Assembly: GCA_050015395.1 (NCBI GenBank)
Contig: JBEKBM010000025.1
Span: 1-50,460, forward strand
Direction of reading: 5' to 3'
DNA: 50,460 nt
DNA from: Candidatus Bathyarchaeia archaeon
GTDB taxonomy: Archaea > Thermoproteota > Bathyarchaeia > Bathyarchaeales > Bathycorpusculaceae
Shown: positions 9,757-17,633 of the stretch, piece after piece
Numbering within the stretch: the stretch's first letter is position 1
Layout: each line of letters begins with the position of its first letter
Notes under the pieces: model-generated
Told to the model about the DNA's origin: nothing
Database searches by the model: none
Seen by the model: only the letters and a program-made list of their open reading frames with translations
Program-made: the position numbers and the translations under genes

Positions 9757-10104
9757 TCAACTTACTTTTCCCTCTTCCCACAGTTTTTTCAAAACTTTAA
9801 CTGTAAAATCCAAGTCAAACCTGAGGTCATTGGCGATATCGAAAGTTTCAGCCTCTTTATGCTCATTCAAGTAAGCGAGAATCTCTGTTCCAGCTTGCTG
9901 CATGCTGACGTTTTCTCTTATTTCAATAACTTTCAAGCCGCCAACTTCCTGAACATACTTTTCAGTTGCCTCTCTAATGAAAGCGCTCCTGGACTTTGCT
10001 CCTGCGCGTTTCGCCGCTTCGTCAATTTTTTGGAGTTCATGTTTAGGGAAACGTACGGGGACGATTGTTTCTTTTTCTACGACTTTCTGCATCATCATCA
10101 ACAT
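9757..10104 (-). CDS. CopG/RHH plus winged-helix DNA-binding protein (antitoxin-like)
   Basis: VPVRFPKHELQKIDEAAKRAGAKSRSAFIREA RHH pattern; C-terminal EILAYL...DIANDLRFD...LWEEG helix-turn-helix. Confidence 0.78.
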   Translation of the reverse strand: MLMMMQKVVEKETIVPVRFPKHELQKIDEAAKRAGAKSRSAFIREATEKYVQEVGGLKVIEIRENVSMQQAGTEILAYLNEHKEAETFDIANDLRFDLDFTVKVLKKLWEEGKVS

Positions 10105-10136
10105 TATACGAATAATACATGTAATACAAATTTAAA
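10103..10136 (-). promoter_or_regulatory. TATA-like TTTAAA plus three 9-bp-period GTATWAY boxes (putative RHH operator)
   Basis: Plus-strand ATTATAC 10103, ATAATAC 10112 and GTAATAC 10121 lie immediately upstream of the RHH gene. Confidence 0.5.
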
Positions 10137-10325
10137 GCTTACCATAATTAAGCGCTTTATCTTTCCCCAAAAACAGTATCTATTCTTGCCTTATGGTTCC
10201 TTCTTTAGCACGCTTAACCCAAAACACAGTAAATCCGCAAGAGAGCTGCAAGGCATCTAAAAAAAGCTTAACGATTCTGGGAGGAGCTTTGCTCCCAAGA
10301 ACCCGCCTATCCTATGCTCTTCAGT

Positions 10326-10428
10326 GTATCTGCAAAGTGTATCGACAAAACGTATTGACATTTACCCTCCCGGTAGGTACCTATGCGCGCACACACACAT
10401 TAAAGCTAACCCACTTGCGAATCTACTG
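10326..10428. repeat. ~100 bp element with 13-bp-period repeats (copy 2)
   Basis: TGTATCTGCAAAG/TGTATCGACAAAA/CGTATTGACATTT followed by the same tail as 6719..6819. Confidence 0.92.
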
Positions 10429-10492
10429 AAACAAGTAGTAAACTGTACCGTTAGCTAATTGCCACTTGCTTAAGCGAACAATCAGAGTTAAT

Positions 10493-10518
10493 CTTATATG
10501 CTGGTTTACCAGTAAACC
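10493..10518 (+). promoter_or_regulatory. TATA-like box plus inverted-repeat operator of the vapBC operon
   Basis: CTTATAT followed by perfect GGTTTAC-CA-GTAAACC (10503..10518), 20 bp before the antitoxin start. Confidence 0.6.
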
Positions 10519-10537
10519 CCTTCAGAGGAATACATAA

Positions 10538-10828
10538 TTGGCTAAGGTTAGCATATATGTAGATGATGAAGTCTGGGCTAGCTTCAAAGCGCAGGTATTC
10601 CAAAAGCATGGAAACCTGAGAAAACTGAGTACCGAAGTTGAAATGCTTTTGCGGGCGGCAATAGTAAAAGACCAAGTAGTTTCAGCATTCGAAAAAATAG
10701 GCGTCACAGCCAAAGGAACAGCTTCTTCACAAGAAATTAAAGCTATAAGACCCAAACTCAGAGGACCCCCATCTGAGGAAATCCTAAGGCAAATGAGGAA
10801 CAAACGAATTGCTCAAACTCTATCTTGA
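10538..10828 (+). CDS. vapB: RHH-like VapB antitoxin
   Basis: KVSIYVDDEVWASFK...LSTEVEMLLR N-terminus and SEEILRQMR C-terminus; overlaps the PIN gene. Confidence 0.72.
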   Translation: MAKVSIYVDDEVWASFKAQVFQKHGNLRKLSTEVEMLLRAAIVKDQVVSAFEKIGVTAKGTASSQEIKAIRPKLRGPPSEEILRQMRNKRIAQTLS

Positions 10829-11318
10829 TACAAGTGTAATTCTGAAACGCTACATAACTGAACCAGGAACAGAAACAACAGACATAATCTTTGACAAAGC
10901 AGAAACAGGAGAACTAACAATAACGCTCTCCCTCTGGAACATAGGGGAAGCTTTGGGCGTTCTCGACGAAAAACGCAGAAAAGGCTCGCTAACAGAAAAA
11001 GAATTTGAGCAAACATTAAACCTCTTCGCTGATGAACTATCGAAACTCATGCGCCTAAAAACCCTTGAAATCATACCTGTCCAAACACCAATTCTCACCG
11101 ACACATGGAATCTAGTCATGAACTACCACATATACGAAGCTGACGCACTCCAAATAACAACATGCAGTTACGCCAATAACAATGCCTTATTAACCTGCGA
11201 CCAAAAACTCGCTCAAACAAGTAGAAAAGCAGGTCTAAAAACAATCCACGTTCCAAAAGATGAACAAGAACTCAAAACACTAATCCAACAAGCAAGTAAA
11301 CAAAAGCAAGATAAATAA
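10809..11318 (+). CDS. vapC: VapC-family PIN-domain toxin
   Basis: YLDTSVILKRY, IGEAL, ADALQI, LTCDQKL. Confidence 0.9.
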   Translation: MLKLYLDTSVILKRYITEPGTETTDIIFDKAETGELTITLSLWNIGEALGVLDEKRRKGSLTEKEFEQTLNLFADELSKLMRLKTLEIIPVQTPILTDTWNLVMNYHIYEADALQITTCSYANNNALLTCDQKLAQTSRKAGLKTIHVPKDEQELKTLIQQASKQKQDK

Positions 11319-11525
11319 AATACTGCCACAACCCTTGGACACGAACTTTTATCATCCAACCGAGAGCTTAGAAGTAGTCGACGCGAAGGGTTTATACGAC
11401 TACTACTTCCAAGAACTCTTTTTCATGCCCAGTACAACTGCTTTGGCTTTACGCTAAAAAGAAGGAGAAGTAGTTGCACAAAAGTTTTCTTCTTCTTTCA
11501 AAAAGCCATCTAACAGGTTCCAAGT

Positions 11526-11562
11526 AGAACAACAACAGACTAAAAAACGCGCATGTTGTTCT
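11526..11562. repeat. 37 bp palindrome family copy
   Basis: AGAACAACAACAGACTAAAAAACGCGCATGTTGTTCT. Confidence 0.88.
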
Positions 11563-11613
11563 TCTAAATTTTATTCAACATAAGGCGTGGTTGCTTCTAG
11601 AAAAAAATCTATG

Positions 11614-12279
11614 TCAAGGTCTTGAAGTATTTATTCCAAAGATCCTCTTCTGAACTGTTTTTTGTTCGCCTAGAGATTGGTTACAGTAAGGACAGAAGCT
11701 GATTAGCTTTGCCTTTGACGAGCTATAGTCTAGCATGAAAAGGGGTTGGCTAAATTCTTTTTTGCAAGTCGGACAGGTTATTTTATTTTTGTTTTTTATG
11801 TCTGCTTCTTGGTTGGTTGTTGCATTTTTATCAGTGTTTGGTTGGGTGGGTATTTGAGTCGTTGATTGTTTGGTTGGTTGAATGATTGGTTGTTTGGCTG
11901 ATTGGTTTTTTTGTTCTGTTTTGTTACTTTCGGGGTTATTGGTGATTTTTTGGTTATTAGTTGGTGGGGTGACTCTAACTGGTGCTTCATTTGTTGCTTT
12001 GATTGTGCGAATAACTGGTTTATTGTGTGTTTCTGGGAACAGAGTCTTTGGTTTTTGGATGAGATTTATGGTTAAGGGCGTTATGGTTAAGGCGATTGCT
12101 ATTATTACAGCTACATAAGTAACAATGTTATGAGCAGTTTGATAGCTTATTATCCAGAACATAGAGAATACAGGAGACGCAAATAAATTAGTTGCAATGC
12201 CACTAGCATAAAATATTAAAACGCAATCAACTATTAGTATCGGGACATGCAGTTTTTGTTTTTTGGATAATTCTCTCAA
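11614..12279 (-). CDS. Membrane protein with Q/N/T-rich linker and C-terminal zinc ribbon
   Basis: Two or three N-terminal TM segments; CPTC...CPYC. Confidence 0.75.
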   Translation of the reverse strand: MRELSKKQKLHVPILIVDCVLIFYASGIATNLFASPVFSMFWIISYQTAHNIVTYVAVIIAIALTITPLTINLIQKPKTLFPETHNKPVIRTIKATNEAPVRVTPPTNNQKITNNPESNKTEQKNQSAKQPIIQPTKQSTTQIPTQPNTDKNATTNQEADIKNKNKITCPTCKKEFSQPLFMLDYSSSKAKLISFCPYCNQSLGEQKTVQKRIFGINTSRP

Positions 12280-12503
12280 TTTTTTTTCCTACGTGTTTGC
12301 TTACATACATTATGGGGTTGCCTTTTTAACGTCTTAACGATAACAAATAGAAATTAACGATTTTAAAAAGTATTGTGTGTCATCAAAGAATATTACTGCT
12401 AATTAGGCTTTAGTCGACTTTGATAATGTTGTATCCTTTCTCTTTTACGGTTTCTAAGATTATACTCAACGCATCTTCATCACTGGAAGAAGAGTATACA
12501 ACC

Positions 12504-12627
12504 GTTTTGTGGTTTACCGCTGTTTCTGTTGCTGATCCAAAAAAGCAGTGTTTTGCTGGTTGTTTTGGTGGGGGCGGGGGTAGCTTTTTACAAGCTTTTT
12601 CTTGTTGTAAATAGCGGTTAAGCGCGG
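12504..12627. repeat. 124 bp non-coding direct repeat, copy 2
   Basis: Matches 4448..4571. Confidence 0.95.
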
Positions 12628-12672
12628 TTTAGGCTACCCGGCAGCACAAAGGCAAGTCCCAAAAGAACATTC

Positions 12673-12826
12673 TCAACTCTTGAAGTACTTCTTCCAAAGA
12701 TCCTCTTCCGCAACGGTCTTCTGCCGTAAATCTAACGCTTGGTTTCAGTAAGGACAGAAACTGATTAGCTTTGGATTTGACGAGCCATAGTCTACCATGA
12801 AAATGGGTGTGCTAAACTCTTTTTTG
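12673..12826 (-). pseudogene. Third, diverged 3' fragment of the zinc-ribbon membrane gene
   Basis: Translates KKEFSTPIFMVDYGSSNPKLISFCPY*NQALDLRQKTVAEEDLWKKYFKS*. Confidence 0.85.
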
Positions 12827-12838
12827 AACCACGGGTTC

Positions 12839-13096
12839 TTATTTATAGACTTTCTTCCTATGGCTCACGTCATATAGCAACACGGTTTTCTTATCTTCGC
12901 TTATCGCGTAAATGACTCTATAGTCGCCGTTTCTAAGTGACCATTTATCCGCAAGATCCCCTCGCAAAGGCTTACCTACATACGGATCTGTTTCAAGCAA
13001 TCTTACTGTTGAATCTATTCTCCTTTTAGTTTGAACGTCAAGTTTGCGGAAGTCTCTTTCAAAAGTCCTAGTAACTCTAAGCTTATATTTCGCCAG
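12839..13096 (-). CDS. relE: RelE/ParE-family toxin (missed by ORF track; CTG start)
   Basis: Manual translation (L/M)AKYKLRVTRTFERDFRKLD...GKPLRGDLADKWSLRNGDYRVIYAI...VSHRKKVYK*, 85 aa; overlaps the antitoxin stop. Confidence 0.9.
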   Translation of the reverse strand: MAKYKLRVTRTFERDFRKLDVQTKRRIDSTVRLLETDPYVGKPLRGDLADKWSLRNGDYRVIYAISEDKKTVLLYDVSHRKKVYK

Positions 13097-13292
13097 TTTT
13101 CCTCAACTCCTTGAGGAAATCATCGTAATCTCTAACTCTTCCAGCTTTGACGTCTTCTTCAGCCTGTTTTAAACATAACATAGTTTCTTTATCTTCCAGT
13201 ATACCAAAAGTTTCAACTACTTCCTCAAGTAAGTTACTTACCTTTACAAGTAGAGCTCTATCTTCGTCAGTAAGGAGAATACCCTCAGGCAT
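13083..13292 (-). CDS. Antitoxin partner of RelE
   Basis: EVVETFGILEDKETMLCLKQAEEDVKAGRV is a typical antitoxin C-terminus; ATG 13292 is preceded by GGTGA. Confidence 0.8.
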   Translation of the reverse strand: MPEGILLTDEDRALLVKVSNLLEEVVETFGILEDKETMLCLKQAEEDVKAGRVRDYDDFLKELRKTGEI

Positions 13293-13530
13293 GAAATCAC
13301 CATTATACTTAGAACTCAATACTTTAATATATTTTACCCATTTTTCTCAAAAAAGAATCGTATAAAAGACAAAACCATGTGACTAATAGCTACCCATCAA
13401 AAAATCTTAACCAGCTTCTATTTGCTGATTCACACAAAACAAAAACTCGGCTTAGATGGCAACACCATCATGATTCCGCTTTGGCTATTTCTTCTTATAT
13501 AGGCTCAGAGCAAAAAAGATGATCCGCGTA

Positions 13531-13561
13531 TTCCGCATTCTTAGCCGTCAAATCAGCAACA
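13531..13561. repeat. 31 bp internal fragment of the DUF58 gene (14695..14725)
   Basis: TTCCGCATTCTTAGCCGTCAAATCAGCAACA versus TTCCGCATCCTTAGCCGTCAAATCAGCAACA, one mismatch. Confidence 0.85.
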
Positions 13562-13816
13562 TTACAATGCTAACAGCATAAAAAATTAAACCACATACAA
13601 CTATTATCATTGCAACCCAAAGCTTTCGTATCTTGAACAAATCCATCAATTTATCACCTGAGTGTTTGCTTACAAACAGAAATCGATTACAGCTTAGCGC
13701 TAACAAACTTGAGATCAACGAGTAATAAAAGTATTATGCACCAGCATTCCGGCTAATCCAATACCATTTCAAATTTAAAAAGAAAACAGAAAAAAAGACG
13801 AAATTCAAACAGGTCC

Positions 13817-14017
13817 TTATGCCTTCTTACTTTCTTTCTGGCGAGCCCAAAAATACATGCTAGATATCACCGCAACTACGAAAATCGAAGGCACAACAAA
13901 CACTGCATAGTTAGCGGTATCCCTACTTAAGAACCAGAAAGAAGAAAACGCTGAAGAAGCGAACAAGCTAGTTACAACACCAAGAGACCAGACAGCTAAG
14001 CATACCGCTACAACCAA
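13817..14017 (-). CDS. Small two-TM membrane protein
   Basis: Two hydrophobic segments and a basic tail; a GGGGAG RBS-like site precedes an in-frame ACG a few codons upstream. Confidence 0.5.
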   Translation of the reverse strand: MVVAVCLAVWSLGVVTSLFASSAFSSFWFLSRDTANYAVFVVPSIFVVAVISSMYFWARQKESKKA

Positions 14018-14190
14018 GCAGATGGCAGCTAAATATGAATTTTTCGTTTAACTCCCCCCTTTCAAATCAATTAACAACAGCTAAGCAGTATCTTTAGCAA
14101 GTGCTATTTAAAATTATAGAAAACAACTTAAACATAAAAAATCTGCCAATATCCAAGTGCCAAACCCAAAAAGAAACGAATCGTTCTTCT

Positions 14191-15765
14191 TTAAAACTGC
14201 GTGTTCCGCTCAGTCCCAACCATAACTGTGCTGTACCCCTTCTCAGTCAACCTCTCCAAAGCCATCAACAAAGCACCCGAATCATCATCTACTGAAGACA
14301 CCACAGTTATAACCGCAGGACCCTGCATACTCTTGACAGCTTTAGCCAACGCCAAAGTAGCAGGATGCTTCTTTGCGGCTTCCTGATTAGCCTCAAACTC
14401 AAACTCCAAAAGTTCCGAAAGTTTACGCGTAGACTCTGTTTTCACGTGGTCTAACTGCCCAATAGACCTTTTGAGCCTGCGCATCATAGTTGGCTGTAAA
14501 ACTTTCTGCTTAGGCTCAACAATAGTTATTTTTTCGGTTAATTCTAACGCTTTCTTGAGCGTTTCCCGAGGATTCATCGGCGCAGTAGCAGCGAGAACTT
14601 CCTTGCGGTTATAAACTGCTAAAGCAGACGGCAAAGCTTCTGTCGCCAAAGTTAAAGCTGACATAACCAAATTATACGCCAACTTATCAGCATCTTCCGC
14701 ATCCTTAGCCGTCAAATCAGCAACAATAATCCCAACTTGTCCCTGGGCTCCAGCAAACTCCTTAACAATTAACTCCCCAAGCATGTAGGTGTGTCTCCAA
14801 TCCAAATCCTTCAACCGGTCACCAGACTGATACGGACGGCTACCGAGAAACTCAACCCCGCCCTTAGCAGCCCTATACAACGACTGAGAAACACCAGCCG
14901 CTGTACCTGCTCCAGCGGACGTCTGCTCCAAAAACTTGTTAGCAAGCCACTGAGCATACTTTGCCCTAGGAATTATATGTAAATCAACAGGCTGCAGGAT
15001 TTGTCCAGTCACAATTAAACCACGACAATCCACAACAGACGCTTGAACCTCAATCTTAGATGGACCTGCAAGAGGCGGAGTAAACCGCAAAGCCGCATCT
15101 ACTCCACCTTGGCTAGCCAAAGTGAAACTAGAAGGCTCAACATTAACCCACGAATCAGCCGACTGCAAAAAAACAAAAACAGGCATACTCGCCTTCCCTT
15201 TAACGTTAACCAATTTAGAATCGGTATCACCTACCACGATTCTGCTCCAAGTTTTACTTTCCTGCAACGCTATTTTCGGCACCCGACGATAAACATAAGC
15301 TAACACGATTGCAAGATAACCAAGCAAAACAGCAACCGCCAACATTAAAGTTAAATTCCATACAACGACAGAAACCAAAAAAACAACAGCCAAACCAGCC
15401 CCCAAAGCCTTCAAAACAGCAGTAGCGCTTCTCCCAACCCTTGAAAAAGAAAAAACCAGAGTCAAAGCATACTCCCTCAAGCTCCAATCAAACAAGAACA
15501 AAGCAGGAACCACAAGCAAAACCGCAAACACCCCGCCAGCCAAAGCTTCAAGCGCCAAAGGAGCCAAAACTAACGAACCGACAACCAAAATCAAATTCAA
15601 ACCTGCCCTCGGCGGCCTATAGACACAATACAACTGAATAGCCAACAAAGCAAGCGCTAAACCAAGCTGAAAAAGCGAAGAAACGAAAACAGCCAGCAAA
15701 AGCACTATAACTAGGTACGCTCTAGCAATCGTGCCAGCATTCATCCGCCTCATTGCACTACTCAT
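14191..15765 (-). CDS. DUF58 domain membrane protein (MoxR partner)
   Basis: N-terminal TM helices; EFLGSRPYQSGDRLKDLDWR...LIVKEF. Confidence 0.88.
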   Translation of the reverse strand: MSSAMRRMNAGTIARAYLVIVLLLAVFVSSLFQLGLALALLAIQLYCVYRPPRAGLNLILVVGSLVLAPLALEALAGGVFAVLLVVPALFLFDWSLREYALTLVFSFSRVGRSATAVLKALGAGLAVVFLVSVVVWNLTLMLAVAVLLGYLAIVLAYVYRRVPKIALQESKTWSRIVVGDTDSKLVNVKGKASMPVFVFLQSADSWVNVEPSSFTLASQGGVDAALRFTPPLAGPSKIEVQASVVDCRGLIVTGQILQPVDLHIIPRAKYAQWLANKFLEQTSAGAGTAAGVSQSLYRAAKGGVEFLGSRPYQSGDRLKDLDWRHTYMLGELIVKEFAGAQGQVGIIVADLTAKDAEDADKLAYNLVMSALTLATEALPSALAVYNRKEVLAATAPMNPRETLKKALELTEKITIVEPKQKVLQPTMMRRLKRSIGQLDHVKTESTRKLSELLEFEFEANQEAAKKHPATLALAKAVKSMQGPAVITVVSSVDDDSGALLMALERLTEKGYSTVMVGTERNTQF

Positions 15766-15775
15766 CTATCCACGG

Positions 15776-16729
15776 CTATATTTTCGGAACAGGAACCCCA
15801 CTTAAAACCCTATCAATAACCATCTTGGGTGTTACATCTTCCATTTCAGCTTCAGGCTTAACACGAATCCTATGGGCAAACGCGGGTAAAGCAAGCCTCT
15901 TAACATCATCAGGCAACACAAAATCCCTCCCTTGCAAAAACGCCAAAGCTCTCGATCCCTTAAACAATGCAATACTAGCCCTTGTACTTGGACCTAAAAG
16001 AACATCCGGGTCCTCTCGAGCACTCCTAACCAAAGAAACCATATACGCCCCAACTTCATCAGAAACATGAACCGTTTTCACAAGCTCCTGAAGCTCCACA
16101 ATCTGCTTAACTGAAGCAACAGCCAAAACATTAGGCTCCTCAATATAATCCACCTTAGAAATAACCAGTTGCTCATCTTCCTTGCTTAAATAACCGCTCC
16201 ATACCCTAAACATAAATCTGTCAGATTGAACCTCACTCAAAGGATAAGTACCCTCAGACCCATAAGGCAACTGGCTGGCAATAACCATAAATGGTTCTGA
16301 CAACGGATGCGTCGCTCCCTCAATAGTCACTTGCCTCTCCTGCATAGCCTCAATCAAAGCCGCTTGAGTACGAGGCGTAGTTCGATTTAACTCATCAGCC
16401 AACACAATATTAGCAAACAAAGGTCCAGCAACAAAACGAGACCGCCCACCAGGAGAATAAACATTAAAACCAGTCACATCAGCCGGCAACATATCAGAAG
16501 TAAACTGAATTCTTTTGAACCTTCCAGATATGACTTGAGCAAAAGTCTTTGCAAGCAACGTCTTCGCTGTTCCAGGTAAACCCTCAATCAAAATATGCCC
16601 TTCACTTAAAAACGCAACAAGCAACATCTCTTTAATATCCTGCTTACCAACAACAACCTTCGAAATTTCATCCAAAATCTTATTTGGAACACTAACCGAA
16701 CTTTCAACGTTTTTCGTCATGACTTTCAC
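15776..16729 (-). CDS. moxR: MoxR-family AAA+ ATPase
   Basis: GHILIEGLPGTAKT, RIQFTSDMLPADVTG, LADELNR, EGTYPL, DRF. Confidence 0.95.
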   Translation of the reverse strand: MKVMTKNVESSVSVPNKILDEISKVVVGKQDIKEMLLVAFLSEGHILIEGLPGTAKTLLAKTFAQVISGRFKRIQFTSDMLPADVTGFNVYSPGGRSRFVAGPLFANIVLADELNRTTPRTQAALIEAMQERQVTIEGATHPLSEPFMVIASQLPYGSEGTYPLSEVQSDRFMFRVWSGYLSKEDEQLVISKVDYIEEPNVLAVASVKQIVELQELVKTVHVSDEVGAYMVSLVRSAREDPDVLLGPSTRASIALFKGSRALAFLQGRDFVLPDDVKRLALPAFAHRIRVKPEAEMEDVTPKMVIDRVLSGVPVPKI

Positions 16730-17633
16730 GTCTCTTCCAAATCGGTGTTAATAACAATGCCAATACCACAACTATTAAGCTTAACGTTCCCAAAGGAGAA
16801 GCAACCACCCCATAAACAACAGCCAGAAATGCCTTGCCCTCATCCAAACTGGTCTCAGGCAAATGAAATTGATCAACAAAAACCTTAGGACTCGAACCCT
16901 TAATGCTCACAACATTACCAATAAACTGCAAATTATTATCCATATTTATCATGCCATTAATAAGCAAACCTGGATTAGCTACTGCAACAACACAGCCCTG
17001 ACCCATCATAACATAAGCAGCCATCGGAAGAGGCCCAGTGGGCTCACCAGCATCCCAAACCCCATTCTCATTAACATCCAAAAAACTAAAACTAGAAGAC
17101 TCAGCTATCACCGTCGCGCCAGAAGTATCATTTAGACACGTCGCATGATCGAACACTATACTGCTCACATTACGGTTCACAGATGAGTTACTAAAATCAG
17201 TAATTTCCGGGAACCACTCATTACGATAATCAAACAAAGGATCCAAAAGCGGTTGCCCCGTAAACCTCATGCCTAACCCTAAGCCGCCAAGAACCTGATT
17301 TCCAAAGCCATAATTATCCATCAACACAAGGGTTCCACCACTTAAAACATAACTCTTCAACTGTGCAAGTTCATTTTCAGTAAATTGCTCATAAGGTATC
17401 ACAATCAAAGCAGTACCTTTTCCAGAAGACGGCAAATTAACATAAGAATCCAAAGGCACAACCTTAGCCACACTACTATACGCTGACAGGCCATTCCAAA
17501 AAGGATTATCCACACTAAAGTTACCTGTCGGAGGATAAAACCAAACAATCGCAGATAACGCGAGCACTATAACTAACATTAACAAGGGCAAAACCTTACG
17601 CGCTTTCACCGCTAAGAATCCTCCCAATTTCAC
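16704..17633 (-). CDS. DUF4350 domain membrane protein
   Basis: NPFWNGLS, YVLSGGTLVL, GQGCVVAVANPGLLINGMI; TM at both ends; sits in the MoxR operon. Confidence 0.8.
   Translation of the reverse strand: MKLGGFLAVKARKVLPLLMLVIVLALSAIVWFYPPTGNFSVDNPFWNGLSAYSSVAKVVPLDSYVNLPSSGKGTALIVIPYEQFTENELAQLKSYVLSGGTLVLMDNYGFGNQVLGGLGLGMRFTGQPLLDPLFDYRNEWFPEITDFSNSSVNRNVSSIVFDHATCLNDTSGATVIAESSSFSFLDVNENGVWDAGEPTGPLPMAAYVMMGQGCVVAVANPGLLINGMINMDNNLQFIGNVVSIKGSSPKVFVDQFHLPETSLDEGKAFLAVVYGVVASPLGTLSLIVVVLALLLTPIWKRRESHDEKR

Noticed and set aside
9587-9781. 64 aa ORF as toxin partner of the RHH-wHTH gene
   Set aside because: The position fits, but I recognise no toxin motif; it may be decayed and cannot be supported.
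6730-10429. ORFs 6730..6942 and 10193..10429 sharing YRQNVLTFTLPVGT
   Set aside because: The shared peptide is just translation of the non-coding ~100 bp repeat; the frames diverge at an indel.
7651-11516. Classical integron attC sites (RYYYAAC at 7651, 9496, 11508, two overlapping stop codons)
   Set aside because: No complementary GTTRRRY partner or L-box stem could be found at a suitable distance, and no IntI is in the window.
4621-11562. Palindrome family as CRISPR repeats (contains GTTGAAA)
   Set aside because: Copies are kilobases apart with genes between them; there are no 30-45 bp spacers and no cas genes.
12745-12747. In-frame TGA replacing Cys in CPY*N as selenocysteine
   Set aside because: It lies in a start-less gene fragment; a single-base nonsense change in a pseudogene is simpler.
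1250-14416. Duplicated gene 3' ends as DGR template/variable repeats
   Set aside because: Mismatches are few and not adenine-specific on either strand, and no reverse transcriptase is present.
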